Shown: positions 54,622-64,000 of the stretch, piece by piece | Numbering within the stretch: the first letter of the stretch is position 1 | Layout: every line of letters begins with the position of its first letter | IMG/VR virus record: IMGVR_UViG_3300044693_000257 | Coordinates: 7,820 to 71,819 of that record | DNA length: 64,000 nt | Strand: one strand, 5' to 3' | Source: a virus | Lineage: Duplodnaviria; Caudoviricetes | The notes under the pieces: generated by a model | Told to the model about the DNA's origin: nothing | Databases searched by the model: none | The model's input: the letters and a program-made list of their open reading frames with translations, nothing else | Position numbers and translations under genes: made by a program

Positions 54622-55881
54622 ATGAGCGCGTCTTATACATACCTCCTGAATACTGGCACCGTATCCATCGATACGACGGACCTTTTGACGGATGTTGAAG
54701 GGGAATGGAAAGCCGCATTCGGGGCGACGCTTGACACGGACGCGTCCACGCCGCAAGGCACGATGATCGCCGCAGAAACGACGGCGCGAACTTCGGTGAT
54801 GAAGAACAATGCCGAACTCGCGAACATGATGAATCCGAACTTGGCCTATGGCACGTTTCTGGATGCAATCTGCTCGCTGCTCGGAATCCAACGCGGAGAG
54901 AACCAATCGACCTTGGCAACCGGTGTTCAAATCACCGGAGACGCCCAGACCGTTATCGCTGCAGGCTCTCGTATCCAGACGCCCAACGGCGACATCTTCT
55001 CGCTTCTCACGTCAGTGACCATACCGTCAGGCGGCACGACCACGGGCACGTTCCAATCGCAGGCATACGGCTCCATTCCGTTCCCTGTTGGATCGATGAC
55101 GATATTGGATGGCACGATTGGGTGGGGTTCGTGCGCGGCAGTCGGTGGAACGATCATCACGCCAGGATCGAGCGAAAGCACAGACCCGCAACTGAAGAAC
55201 AAGCGCAGTCAGCAACTGGCAGTCCAGGGAACGGCCAGCACAGCAGCGATTTACGCCAACCTGTTGAACGTCCCAAACGTCACCAGCTGCCAGGTGGTGG
55301 AGAACAACACCGGAACCGTCACGACGGTCAACGGCGTTCAGTTCACGAAGCCAAATGCGATCTGGGTGTGCGTGGCAGGAACGCCTTCGCAGTCCGCCGT
55401 TGCAGCCGCGCTATATGCTGCGCACAACAGTGGTTGCCCTTGGGATTTCGGCGCGGCCGGGATGGGCAACCCGGTCAATTCGCCAAATGGCGTAACCGTA
55501 CAAGACCCAAACACCAATCTTCCGTATCAAGTGCTGTACACGACGCCGATCATGTACGACACTTACATCAACATCACAGTACAGCAAACCGCAGCACAGT
55601 CTCCAGGCGCGACGGCAATCCAAAACGCGATCATTTCTTACGCGACCGGGCAAGAGCAAGGTGAGCCTGGGTTCAAGGTAGGGTCGAACGTCAGCGCATT
55701 TGAGGTCAGCGGCTCTGTGATTCGGCAATATCCTGGTCTTTATGTAAAGACGTGCCAAGTGGCTTGCGTGACTGCCGGTTCTCCTGCGCCTGCTTCGGGC
55801 GCGTATGTGTATGAGTTCATCATAACGCAGTTCGAACAGGCCCAGCTTGCAATCGGCAATATCAATGTGACGCTGCTATGA
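54622..55881 (+). CDS. Baseplate J-like wedge protein
   Basis: STPQG.MI, NPNLAYG.FLDAI..L.GI.R, ESTD..L..R, L..VPNV...V.EN. Confidence 0.88.
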   Translation: MSASYTYLLNTGTVSIDTTDLLTDVEGEWKAAFGATLDTDASTPQGTMIAAETTARTSVMKNNAELANMMNPNLAYGTFLDAICSLLGIQRGENQSTLATGVQITGDAQTVIAAGSRIQTPNGDIFSLLTSVTIPSGGTTTGTFQSQAYGSIPFPVGSMTILDGTIGWGSCAAVGGTIITPGSSESTDPQLKNKRSQQLAVQGTASTAAIYANLLNVPNVTSCQVVENNTGTVTTVNGVQFTKPNAIWVCVAGTPSQSAVAAALYAAHNSGCPWDFGAAGMGNPVNSPNGVTVQDPNTNLPYQVLYTTPIMYDTYINITVQQTAAQSPGATAIQNAIISYATGQEQGEPGFKVGSNVSAFEVSGSVIRQYPGLYVKTCQVACVTAGSPAPASGAYVYEFIITQFEQAQLAIGNINVTLL

Positions 55882-57614
55882 CGATGACACCGTACAACAC
55901 GGACCTTACGCGCGCCCTGAAATGGCTGCACAATAAGGCTCCGAATCTGCAGACGATCATCCAAAAGAAGTCGGATTGGTATCACAGATACAACGACCAA
56001 TTTTGGACGAATTGGCAGCAGAACGTCTTCGATATTCGAACGGCCAACGCCTTTGGTCTGGTCGTATGGTGCATCATCCTCGGATTGCCTCTGGACATAT
56101 TCGATTTCGCGCCAATCACAAACGCATTTGCGTTCGGAAAGCAGCGCGGCAACTACCTGGATGGCGGCGGGCACCAAGAGCCGATCACATTTGTCAGCGG
56201 GCCGCAGATATATGCCGGTGGCACTCTCGTGCCGTCAGCTAATTATTCACTCAACAGTTCAACTGATCAAGTGACATTCAACGTCGCTCCGACTGCCGGT
56301 TCTGTTTTGACATGGACCGGAACTGTGACAGGCCAGACCGGTCAGCAACTCGTCGTCAACGAGCCGCGCAAGTTTGGTACAGGAGACGGAACTACCACGG
56401 CATTCAGTCTCATCCTCTCTGACTCCGCCAACTTCAACACGGTTGGCTTCAACTTCTATGGCGGCGGAAGCGAATCTGTCGCCCTATTGAATGAAGTCAG
56501 ATATGCATGCCAGCTGAGGTACGTTGCCCTGGTCTCCAACGGTCGCCAGCAATGGATTAACCAGATGCTTCAGTACATATTCAACCATGGCAGTCCTTGG
56601 GACTTTCCTGGGAAGAAGTATTTCTATTTGCACGATGCAACTGGCGCGGTCCAACCGGTGACAGGCGCATCCATCTGGAGATCGGATTGGCAAGGCAACA
56701 TCCTCTTGTTTGCGACGCCAAGAACCAACTTGATGCCGTATTCAAACGAGATTGCGACATCAAACGGATGGGCAACCAGCAACGCGACGCTGACCAATAG
56801 CACAGGACCGGATGGCACCGCCAATGGAGAGGCAACCATCACACCTGTGGCCAGCGGTTCGCCCGCAACGGCCAACTTATCTACGGCCATGAGTGGCATG
56901 GCAATTAACACCGTCTATACTTTCTCCGCATTTCTCAAGGGCGGGAGTTCGCCTGAGTCCAAGTTGTTTGTGTACGACAGCACCGGATCGACCATGCTCG
57001 GTTGGGTCAACATAACATGGTTCAGCGGCACCCCTACGATCGACGGCTCAGGAGGGCCAGGCATCATCGCACAGAGTGCCAAGGTAACGCCATCTGGAGT
57101 GAGCGGATGGTACAGAGTTCAATTCACATTCAATTCGCAGAGCAACAGCACGTTCAATCCTGGATTTTTGAGCGATATAACAAGTGGGACTGGAACCGTT
57201 ACAGTTGCATATCCTCAGATTGAGCAAGGATCGGCGTCGACAAGCTACATTTCAACGACAGGGGCGTCGGCATCTTCGCCATTGACAGACTACTCTCTGA
57301 ACACATCCTCCGGAGCGGTCGCCATGTCAGTTGCGCCGGTCAACGGCGCGGTCTTGACTTGGCAAGGCACCTGGAATTGGTCCAGCTGGACATCACCAAA
57401 TCAGTTCGGCGTCGGTAACGGATCGGCAACGACATTTACGCTGACCGAGCCTCCTGGTGCTGTCAAACCGATCACAAACGCTTTCTATATGGAGTATCGA
57501 ATTGGAGCGAACATGAAGCTGTCAGCCCAGTTCGTAAACATTTTGAATAATCAATCATACGGCATTATGCCGCAATGCGCTGGTGTCAAATACACAGTCG
57601 TTCAGGAGTCCTAA
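55878..57614 (+). CDS. DUF2612-like baseplate wedge protein with large inserted domains
   Basis: FDIRTANAFGLVVWCIILG core; C-terminal ILNNQSYGIMPQCAGVKY; internal insertions. Confidence 0.75.
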   Translation: MTMTPYNTDLTRALKWLHNKAPNLQTIIQKKSDWYHRYNDQFWTNWQQNVFDIRTANAFGLVVWCIILGLPLDIFDFAPITNAFAFGKQRGNYLDGGGHQEPITFVSGPQIYAGGTLVPSANYSLNSSTDQVTFNVAPTAGSVLTWTGTVTGQTGQQLVVNEPRKFGTGDGTTTAFSLILSDSANFNTVGFNFYGGGSESVALLNEVRYACQLRYVALVSNGRQQWINQMLQYIFNHGSPWDFPGKKYFYLHDATGAVQPVTGASIWRSDWQGNILLFATPRTNLMPYSNEIATSNGWATSNATLTNSTGPDGTANGEATITPVASGSPATANLSTAMSGMAINTVYTFSAFLKGGSSPESKLFVYDSTGSTMLGWVNITWFSGTPTIDGSGGPGIIAQSAKVTPSGVSGWYRVQFTFNSQSNSTFNPGFLSDITSGTGTVTVAYPQIEQGSASTSYISTTGASASSPLTDYSLNTSSGAVAMSVAPVNGAVLTWQGTWNWSSWTSPNQFGVGNGSATTFTLTEPPGAVKPITNAFYMEYRIGANMKLSAQFVNILNNQSYGIMPQCAGVKYTVVQES

Positions 57615-57617
57615 TAA

Positions 57618-58961
57618 ATGGCAACCCCTCCGCTAATCGCAACTCCATTTGCAGCATCTGGTGATCAAACGGTTCTGCCAATCACCGATCCGAATGGGTT
57701 TGTAAACTTTTCGACCGGCTACACGCCAGACTATGAAATCAATCTGGCCAGCGGCGATCCGCAAGCAAAGGCCGTTGAGCGCGGAATCCAGAATTATCTG
57801 TTCAACATCCTGACTACCGGGATGCAGACGTGGCAGACAAGTAACCGTCCGCCTTGGTACAGCGGCATGCCCGGTGGATATGCCAAGTATGCTGAAGTGA
57901 CCGTTGCCGACGCAAGCGGAAACCCCCAACCGTACCGCTCACTGGCTGCAGGCAACGTGTCAACGCCTGGCAACTCCACGACGTGGGAGTACATCGAAGG
58001 CACTGGGGAAATGATCCAGAACATCCCGATGCCAAGCGGTGGCCCGGCTGGCCCGGGATCGATGAACATCACAACTGCAACAGATTTCAATACGTTTATC
58101 AATTCTGGCACGTACAATCTGACTTCGGATGCAGTCGTTTCAGCATCGCCAAACTCGCCAGTCAATGGTGGAAATCAAGCTGGGGCAGGATCGCTTGAAG
58201 TGCTAGTCTTCAACAATGCTCCGAATGTATACATTAGCCAGTTCTTTCGTGACCGCAATGGGCTTGGGTTCATGCGCGGCGCGACTAATGGAAACTGGAC
58301 TGCGTGGAAAATTTGGGCAAACTCCCATCAGTATACGCTTGGCGAAATTCGCATGTGGACCGGAACGGCTTCGGAAGCAGCCGTCCAAGCTGCATGGGGG
58401 CCAGGTTGGCACTTTTGCAATGGTCAAAACGGAACGGTTGACCTCCGGAACTATTTCATCCTTGGGGCAGGGGGAAGTCAATCCCCTGGATCAACTGGTG
58501 GTTCAAGCAGCGTAACTCTGAGTGCAAGCAACATACCGTCTCACACGCACACGATAACGATCAACGATCCTTCTCACGCGCACGCAGTATCACAGTCGCC
58601 TCATTCTCACGGCTTGATCGACCCCGGCCATGCACATGGCATCTATGACCCAGGCCACTACCATGTCGCTGCTTATCCCAGAGCCGATCATAATATTTGG
58701 GTTGGCGGCGGCCAGTATCAAGGATATAGCGATGCCATATATGCCACGGACAGCAGATTTACATCTGATGTCGCCGCAACTGGAATTGGCATATATGGAA
58801 ATGGAACAGGGATTACAATCTCTGCCGCGAATGCGAATGTCGGCGTGAACGCTTCTTCTACCGGTATAACAGCATCCGCTGCACCATATGGAAACGGACA
58901 GGCATTCAATGTGACGCCTCCATTTTTTGCTTTGACATTCGTTCAATACACTGGATCATAG
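57618..58961 (+). CDS. Tail fibre protein (baseplate-proximal, collar-like domain)
   Basis: PFA.SGD...P..DPNG.VNF..GYTPDYE; GW.FCNGQNGT.DLR..FILGAG; SHTH/GHAH repeats; PPFFALTFVQY. Confidence 0.85.
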   Translation: MATPPLIATPFAASGDQTVLPITDPNGFVNFSTGYTPDYEINLASGDPQAKAVERGIQNYLFNILTTGMQTWQTSNRPPWYSGMPGGYAKYAEVTVADASGNPQPYRSLAAGNVSTPGNSTTWEYIEGTGEMIQNIPMPSGGPAGPGSMNITTATDFNTFINSGTYNLTSDAVVSASPNSPVNGGNQAGAGSLEVLVFNNAPNVYISQFFRDRNGLGFMRGATNGNWTAWKIWANSHQYTLGEIRMWTGTASEAAVQAAWGPGWHFCNGQNGTVDLRNYFILGAGGSQSPGSTGGSSSVTLSASNIPSHTHTITINDPSHAHAVSQSPHSHGLIDPGHAHGIYDPGHYHVAAYPRADHNIWVGGGQYQGYSDAIYATDSRFTSDVAATGIGIYGNGTGITISAANANVGVNASSTGITASAAPYGNGQAFNVTPPFFALTFVQYTGS

Positions 58962-58971
58962 AGGAGTTGAA

Positions 58972-59727
58972 GTGAAACTGACCACAGAAATCTTGATGAA
59001 GGGAACCGGGTGCACGTCATCGGTCGCAGGCACTTGGCTTGCTCCGATGCAAGCGGCGTGCGACAAATTTGGCGTCAGCAACAATGCCAAGCGTCTCGCG
59101 GCATTCCTTGCCAACGTCGGCGTGGAATCGAACGGGCTAACGGTTCTTGTGGAGAACATGAACTACTCAGCCAAGCGATTGGCCGAAGTGTGGCCGTATC
59201 GTTACGCCGTCAGCCCGCAAGTGGACAACAAGGTGCCGAACGACACGGCAGTTCGGATTGCTGGCAATCCAGTCCTTGTCGCTTCGAATGTGTATGCGAA
59301 TCGCCTCGGAAATGGTGTCGAGGAGACGCGCGACGGATGGAACTTCCGTGGGCAAGGGCCGATTCAGCTGAGCGGGAAAGAACAGATTTTGAAGTTCTTC
59401 ATGGCAATGGGACTTCCGACTGACTCGAACCCGGCAGCGCTGCAGCATCCTGATCTTGGATCAATGAGCGCTGCGTGGTTCTTCTCGATCTGCGGCGCTT
59501 TCGACTTTGCCGACCAAGGCAACTTTGACATGACGGTGAAACGGGTCAACGGCCAACCGCCATGTCCGGCCAATCAAGGTGAACGGCGTCGCACGTTGTA
59601 CGGTGATGTCCTTCCTCTCTTGCAGGCTGCACCGGCTCCGGTGAAGACGAGTCCCACGACGGTAAAGAAGCCTGCGGCACAAAGTACGCCGTCAGCGCCG
59701 TCACAAGAGCCGCCAGAGAAGCCCTAA
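58972..59727 (+). CDS. Endolysin, GH19 (chitinase/lysozyme-like)
   Basis: RLAAFLANVGVES.GL..L.ENMNYS, YANRLGNG...DGWNFRGQGPIQLSGK, SAAWF, TVKRVNG. Confidence 0.9.
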   Translation: MKLTTEILMKGTGCTSSVAGTWLAPMQAACDKFGVSNNAKRLAAFLANVGVESNGLTVLVENMNYSAKRLAEVWPYRYAVSPQVDNKVPNDTAVRIAGNPVLVASNVYANRLGNGVEETRDGWNFRGQGPIQLSGKEQILKFFMAMGLPTDSNPAALQHPDLGSMSAAWFFSICGAFDFADQGNFDMTVKRVNGQPPCPANQGERRRTLYGDVLPLLQAAPAPVKTSPTTVKKPAAQSTPSAPSQEPPEKP

Positions 59728-59830
59728 GCAGCTTATCCTTGACCGTAACGCCAATCAGCTTGACGAGAAAGGTTGCCAAAGCGCCTGCCAGGTCCGGATC
59801 AATCTGCGGGCGCTTTTCTTTCTTGATCAC
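59546..59830 (-). CDS. Possible membrane protein overlapping the endolysin 3' end
   Basis: GTGA-coupled to the upstream lipoprotein; two hydrophobic helices. Confidence 0.45.
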   Translation of the reverse strand: MIKKEKRPQIDPDLAGALATFLVKLIGVTVKDKLLRASLAALVTALTAYFVPQASLPSWDSSSPEPVQPAREEGHHRTTCDAVHLDWPDMAVGR

Positions 59831-59955
59831 TTTAAAGTGCTTGAGCATGTCGATGTGTAAAGGAACGGTTTTGTGTCCAGCCGCGTCTTTTGAGAAGCGC
59901 AGCCGCCCAGTACGATACATAGCGCGAAGACTGCTAGTAAAACATCGCGTTTCAT
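59827..59955 (-). CDS. 42-aa lipoprotein (not in the ORF track)
   Basis: AAGGAGG RBS; MKRDVLLAVFALCIVLGGCASQK... with lipobox LGGC. Confidence 0.65.
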   Translation of the reverse strand: MKRDVLLAVFALCIVLGGCASQKTRLDTKPFLYTSTCSSTLK

Positions 59956-59980
59956 GGGTTAAAACCTCCTTTTCGAACAC

Positions 59981-60005
59981 AATATAAAGGCCGCTCGAAG
60001 CGGCC
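59981..60005 (-). terminator. Probable terminator
   Basis: GGCCGC-5-GCGGCC followed by TTTATATT on the minus strand. Confidence 0.55.
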
Positions 60006-60037
60006 GATGGACTACGTATCGCGACTATCGGCCAATA

Positions 60038-60943
60038 TCACAGGTCTTCTTCGCCTCGAATTCCCTCAAAAACGCCATGGCGCGGCACATCGACTACGCC
60101 GTGCGGGAAATACTTGAAGCGGGCCAATTTCCCCTGGTACAAATCCACAAAGGCATCAAATGCCTCGCGTCGCTCCAGATGTGTCAGTGATGTTGCGCTG
60201 ATGTTGAATGGGCGCGGCCATCTGTCCGATTCTACTATGAACGCGCCGACCATTCCGGTGCGCGCTTGCATGTCTTTGTCGGCCGATTTCTTGCTGCGTC
60301 CCAACTCATCTTTGAATGACTCATTGAGGTTTTCCATCTGCTCGACATAGCCGGTGATGCGCGCCTCCTCCGTGATGAATCGTTTCACCTTCAGCAACAA
60401 GTTCTCTTTGACAGTGGAACGGCCAAATTTGTATCGGCCGTTCGGATCACGCAGCATGACTCCTTCAAATCCGGTGGCTACGGTCGCAGCCTCGAAAGCG
60501 ACGAGCGCCGCGTGATCCGCCAGATGATGTTGCGGCAAGAACTCAATGCGATTGGTGTGGTTTGCCTGAGCTTCCTGCACCCTTCGTTTGGCGTCCTGCG
60601 AGCGATGCAGGAACGGATTATGCGGATACGTCCGATCATCAAAGATGTACCAACGAACATCCGGCTCACCCGTGGCGCGGCGAACAGGTCCGCTGGTATT
60701 GTGGAATGCGCGCGGGTCGGCAAAGTCGCCAACCACCAACTCGCCGTCCAATCCGTTGTAGGCGTGCAGCCCAAACAAACCCTGGCAGTATTTGTTGGAG
60801 ACGGGCTTGCCGCTGCTGGTGAGCAGTACGCCGTTCTCGACAAATGCCCGGTATCCGTCCAGCTTCCAGCTGCCGAGATAGGGGAACACCAATTCAGACT
60901 CAACAAAATCATCGCCCTTCATGGGCTTTTCGATTTTACTCAC
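60038..60943 (-). CDS. ATP-dependent DNA ligase
   Basis: KLDGYR (motif I), LDGEL, IFD, EGVMLR, LLKVKR; GGAG RBS before GTG at 60943. Confidence 0.93.
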   Translation of the reverse strand: MSKIEKPMKGDDFVESELVFPYLGSWKLDGYRAFVENGVLLTSSGKPVSNKYCQGLFGLHAYNGLDGELVVGDFADPRAFHNTSGPVRRATGEPDVRWYIFDDRTYPHNPFLHRSQDAKRRVQEAQANHTNRIEFLPQHHLADHAALVAFEAATVATGFEGVMLRDPNGRYKFGRSTVKENLLLKVKRFITEEARITGYVEQMENLNESFKDELGRSKKSADKDMQARTGMVGAFIVESDRWPRPFNISATSLTHLERREAFDAFVDLYQGKLARFKYFPHGVVDVPRHGVFEGIRGEEDL

Positions 60944-61008
60944 ACTAGACTCCTGATGTGAAAAGAGGGCATTTCTGCCCTCGAAGAATAACGCAAGTTT
61001 GTGAACAG

Positions 61009-61692
61009 CTACGCGTTGAGGATGCGCTCGACGTTCTCCAGCACGATCTTTGACCAGTTCTCCATCTGATTCACCGGCAACGAGTCCACGAATGCCATGC
61101 CGATGGTCGTCAACTCTGGCTCGGCGCAAACAGGCGTGAACCCTTCAGGAACTTCCATTGCCAGGATCACCCCATAATGCACACGTCCGACTTCATTGGA
61201 GTTGTCAACGATCATTCCGGCAACCTTGGGGAATACGCTGTGAGTCGCCCGTTTGCGCATATCATCAAATGTGATGCGCCCAACGCCAGAGTCGAAAAGA
61301 ACCTCTTCATTCAACTCGCGGGAAACGGCCACAGCGAAAGTGGACACAAGATCGACCACGCTGTTGTCGGACATTCGAATGTCTGCCAAGTCCATGTGGC
61401 CGCCGACGCCGACAGAAATTGCACCCGCCAAGCGCTGCTCGCCGACCTTCTTGGTGCGTTGGTAAGCGAACAACGCTACTCGACCATCAACACCCTTCTG
61501 GTGCATGACTACATATGGGAGTGCCTGGCCAAATCGCTCGTCTTTCTCCAATTCCTCGCGACGACCGATGAACAACGACCGGTACGCTCGCTCAAAGAAT
61601 TGCTTTGGAGTGATATGGATGAATCCCTCCAAGCCTTCGATGCCGAAATACTTCTTGTCAAAGGCCAAGATGTGTTGAGGATGCTTGATCAT
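61009..61692 (-). CDS. NUDIX-like phosphoesterase (COG4112-type)
   Basis: RREELEKDERFGQALPYVV, YQRTK..GEQRL.G..SVGVGGH, RELNEE, MENWS. Confidence 0.8.
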   Translation of the reverse strand: MIKHPQHILAFDKKYFGIEGLEGFIHITPKQFFERAYRSLFIGRREELEKDERFGQALPYVVMHQKGVDGRVALFAYQRTKKVGEQRLAGAISVGVGGHMDLADIRMSDNSVVDLVSTFAVAVSRELNEEVLFDSGVGRITFDDMRKRATHSVFPKVAGMIVDNSNEVGRVHYGVILAMEVPEGFTPVCAEPELTTIGMAFVDSLPVNQMENWSKIVLENVERILNA

Positions 61693-62288
61693 TGCGCTGC
61701 GTCTCCCGAAGTCACGGTGCCAGGCGAGACGGCAAATGCCGCAATCTTTTTGGCGGTATCATCAGCATTCTTCGTTGCGCCGAAGTAGTACGCCATCGAT
61801 GCCTTCAGTTCATTGAACCAGTAGCCGATGACCATGCCGATCAAACCCGTTGCTGTCGGGTCTTTGATCACATCGCGCGTCCCAGGAAGGAACAGAAGGA
61901 TGAGAATGGCCGTTGCGCCGATGATGAGCATCACCACGATCAGTGGACGAATCCACCAATCTGGCGCATTTTGCATGCTTCGAGCGCTCGCGCGGTCAGC
62001 AACTTCCGCCTGGAAAACGGCCAGATCATTGGCCATCTGCGCCTGAGCAGATTGCGCTGTCAAGCGCTGCAACTCCACCTTTGCATTGAGTTGGGCCTCT
62101 GCCAACTTCTCAGCGGCTTGCGGATCGGCCTGTATAGCTGCTTGCGCTGCATCCGGTGTGTTCTCACAGCCCAGCGCGGCGGATACGAGCCCACCTACAG
62201 CCGCGCCCGCAGGACCGCCCAGGAGGGTGCCGATGATGGGTGCTGCCTTGCCGACATCCTGTGCAAGGTCTTTCCACGTTACGCTCAT
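61689..62288 (-). CDS. Holin-like membrane protein (GTA 3TM-holin-like)
   Basis: APIIGTLLGGPAGAAVGG N-terminus, DRASAR, two TM segments, YYFG. Confidence 0.65.
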   Translation of the reverse strand: MSVTWKDLAQDVGKAAPIIGTLLGGPAGAAVGGLVSAALGCENTPDAAQAAIQADPQAAEKLAEAQLNAKVELQRLTAQSAQAQMANDLAVFQAEVADRASARSMQNAPDWWIRPLIVVMLIIGATAILILLFLPGTRDVIKDPTATGLIGMVIGYWFNELKASMAYYFGATKNADDTAKKIAAFAVSPGTVTSGDAAQ

Positions 62289-62305
62289 GATTGACTCCTA
62301 ATGAA

Positions 62306-62334
62306 ACAGGCCTGGTTGGTAAGGCCAGGCCTGT
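62306..62334. terminator. Strong hairpin (terminator or processing site)
   Basis: ACAGGCCTGG-9-CCAGGCCTGT, a perfect 10-bp stem. Confidence 0.55.
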
Positions 62335-62374
62335 CCTTTGTCATTGATCTGCTCGTCGTGCGGCGACGTTCAGA

Positions 62375-62662
62375 TCAGCTTGCCGTCGTTTCCGGGGATT
62401 GGCCGGTGGATGCGCCTGTGCCGCCTTGAGGCTCTTGGCTGACGTTTGCTGATTCAGCCGCACCTTGGACAGTGCCACCAGCCGATCCATTCGCATCCGC
62501 CTCTACAGCGTCGGCAGCGTCCTGGCCATCGTTTCCCGACGAGTCCTGCTCGTCGGTATCGCTGAAAACGCCTTCCACGAAGTTCACCGCCTCTTCAGCG
62601 GCAGTCTTGACCTCGCTGACGACTTCCTTTGCCACTTCTTCTGCTTTGTCGATCAAACTCAC
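62375..62662 (-). CDS. Small acidic low-complexity protein
   Basis: AGGAG RBS, GTG start. Confidence 0.6.
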   Translation of the reverse strand: MSLIDKAEEVAKEVVSEVKTAAEEAVNFVEGVFSDTDEQDSSGNDGQDAADAVEADANGSAGGTVQGAAESANVSQEPQGGTGASTGQSPETTAS

Positions 62663-62727
62663 GTTTCACTCCTGTTGATAGGATTGGATAGATGGCCCAC
62701 TGCTGGGCCGGTGGCGCGGCTTGGTAC

Positions 62728-63591
62728 TTAGAACCCTTCCGCTTGCGCCGGTTGGCCGGACACAGACGAATCTCCAGCGTCCGCTGCCTTCGAGTAATCG
62801 GCCTTTGCCGCGCCGGACTGGACCGATTGGTAGAACTCTTTTGCAACGCTGAACAGGTCAGGATCGGTGATCAATTCACGTTCAATTTCGAACTTTGCAC
62901 CGGCCCACGTACCTTGATCGTTTTGCATGGTGACCGTGGTGAGCTTCACCTTGCTAGCAAACGTCGGCGGAGTCCGCTTGCCACTCGGCGTGTCGACCTT
63001 GCGCTGCTGAAGCGACGTAAGCAGCATCTTGGACGCCTTGATTTGACTCGAAGCGAGCGAGAGAATCGCAGGCGTAGGGTCGCCCGTCTCGGGATCGATC
63101 ACGATGACGTAGTGACTCCGCGTATCGGCATAGTAGTCCGATTTCTTCACGTCCACCTTGCCGTCCGAGTCCTTGACGAGAATCTTGCCGCCGACGTTCT
63201 CCACAGCGCCGCTGGCGATGATGCGGTCCATTTCTTCCGGCGTCACCTCACCCTTGAAACCGCCGTCACCTTCACGCGGACCCCAAAGGATGAACGAGCG
63301 CTTGTATGCGCACTGGACGATTTCCAGCGGCTTTTCGCGAACGTCGTACAGCGACTGTGTGACGGTGTTGAAGATCATGCCGGCCTTCGCGCCAGCAATG
63401 TGCTTCGGATGATCTTCATCGACCATCGGCGACATCTTCTGCAGAATCTGCAGGAATGGAATCGCATACGAGTCCTTGTCTGCACCCTCGAAGCCAGCGC
63501 CGAAGTCGGCCATGTCCATGAACGAGGGAACAGCGAGCGCGCCTGCCTTGACGGTCGCCACTTCGGTGCCTGCTTTTTCGGCCTTTGCCAT
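62728..63591 (-). CDS. Putative ssDNA-binding/annealing protein
   Basis: GFEGADKDSYAIPFLQILQKMSP; acidic tail ending in Phe (AEGF); replication-module context. Confidence 0.55.
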   Translation of the reverse strand: MAKAEKAGTEVATVKAGALAVPSFMDMADFGAGFEGADKDSYAIPFLQILQKMSPMVDEDHPKHIAGAKAGMIFNTVTQSLYDVREKPLEIVQCAYKRSFILWGPREGDGGFKGEVTPEEMDRIIASGAVENVGGKILVKDSDGKVDVKKSDYYADTRSHYVIVIDPETGDPTPAILSLASSQIKASKMLLTSLQQRKVDTPSGKRTPPTFASKVKLTTVTMQNDQGTWAGAKFEIERELITDPDLFSVAKEFYQSVQSGAAKADYSKAADAGDSSVSGQPAQAEGF

Positions 63592-63639
63592 TTCTGATTC
63601 CTTTCTGTTTGAGAGTGGTACAGCGGGTTGAATTATCGC

Positions 63640-63999
63640 TTACTTGCGTGTGCGAGGAAGCGCGATTTTGGCGACTTTGAAATCAAAAACGCCGAACGTA
63701 TCGAGTGGTATGTTGTCGCCTGCCTCCAAACGCTCCTTGACGAATGACTTCAACGTGGACGGGTGAATGCTCTTGTCCAATTCGGCCGCACCGAATCCTG
63801 CTTCGTGCAGAACTTCGATGGCGCGCTCGGCGTCCGCGATTTCGCCCTTGCCAAAGGCCAAGGCGATGCCGGTTTTGATGATGCCATCATATTCGTTATC
63901 AGCAAGCCAAGCGAACGCGGCAGGTTTGCGCTCCTCTGTGATGCCGCACTTGATGTCCTGCTTGACGGTGACCTTGGAGCCGTCCTTGAGTTTGAATTC
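63640..63999 (-). CDS. Conserved phage replication-region protein, 5' end outside the window
   Basis: The frame stays open to the window edge: ...AFAWLADNEYDGIIKT...IHPSTLKSFVKERLEAG..IP.DTFGVF. Confidence 0.7.
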   Translation of the reverse strand, partial: EFKLKDGSKVTVKQDIKCGITEERKPAAFAWLADNEYDGIIKTGIALAFGKGEIADAERAIEVLHEAGFGAAELDKSIHPSTLKSFVKERLEAGDNIPLDTFGVFDFKVAKIALPRTRK

Positions 64000-64000
64000 C

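Larger units (their letters stand above)
1..64000. mobile_element. Tailed dsDNA phage genome segment, PB1/BcepF1-like lytic myovirus
   Basis: Contiguous terL, portal, MuF, DUF2213, capsid, sheath, tube, baseplate J, fibres and GH19 lysin, plus primase, helicase, ligase and ThyX. No host housekeeping genes and no catalytic integrase. Confidence 0.93.

Noticed and set aside
1-64000. tRNA, rRNA or CRISPR arrays
   Set aside because: No cloverleaf/TTCGAATC-type tRNA context, rRNA-like tract or regularly spaced direct repeats seen by eye. tRNAscan-SE and a CRISPR finder would be needed to be definitive.

Overview
The whole window is most of one ~56% GC lytic myovirus genome with PB1/BcepF1-like (Lindbergviridae-type) gene content and synteny. 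A Burkholderia-like proteobacterial host is an inference. Order: (1) 1-9.1 kb, minus-strand nucleotide-metabolism/DNA block (SDR oxidoreductase, HAD fusion, divergent ThyX, second HAD, integrase-N/GIY-YIG fusion, FAD oxidoreductase, A/K/E-rich DNA-binding protein, RecD/Dda-like helicase). (2) 9.2-13.7 kb, plus-strand primase, VapE-like helicase, a non-coding AT-rich gap and probable terS. (3) 13.9-23.8 kb, about 30 small minus-strand early/accessory genes behind repeated sigma70-like promoters. (4) terL, then a minus-strand accessory block at 25.5-29.5 kb. (5) 29.7-59.7 kb, head, contractile tail, baseplate, fibres and GH19 endolysin. (6) 59.5-64 kb, minus-strand ligase, NUDIX-like protein, holin-like protein and SSB-like protein. 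I found no rRNA, tRNA, CRISPR array or intact integrase. Best leads: a candidate modified-nucleotide pathway built around a ThyX with an altered catalytic motif; an AT-rich integrase-arm/core-binding + GIY-YIG nuclease fusion; a tandem cassette of three paralogous fibre/receptor-binding modules; extra domains grafted into portal, sheath and baseplate wedge; and repeated palindromic or hairpin regulatory motifs. All family calls come from motif recognition by eye, not database searches.
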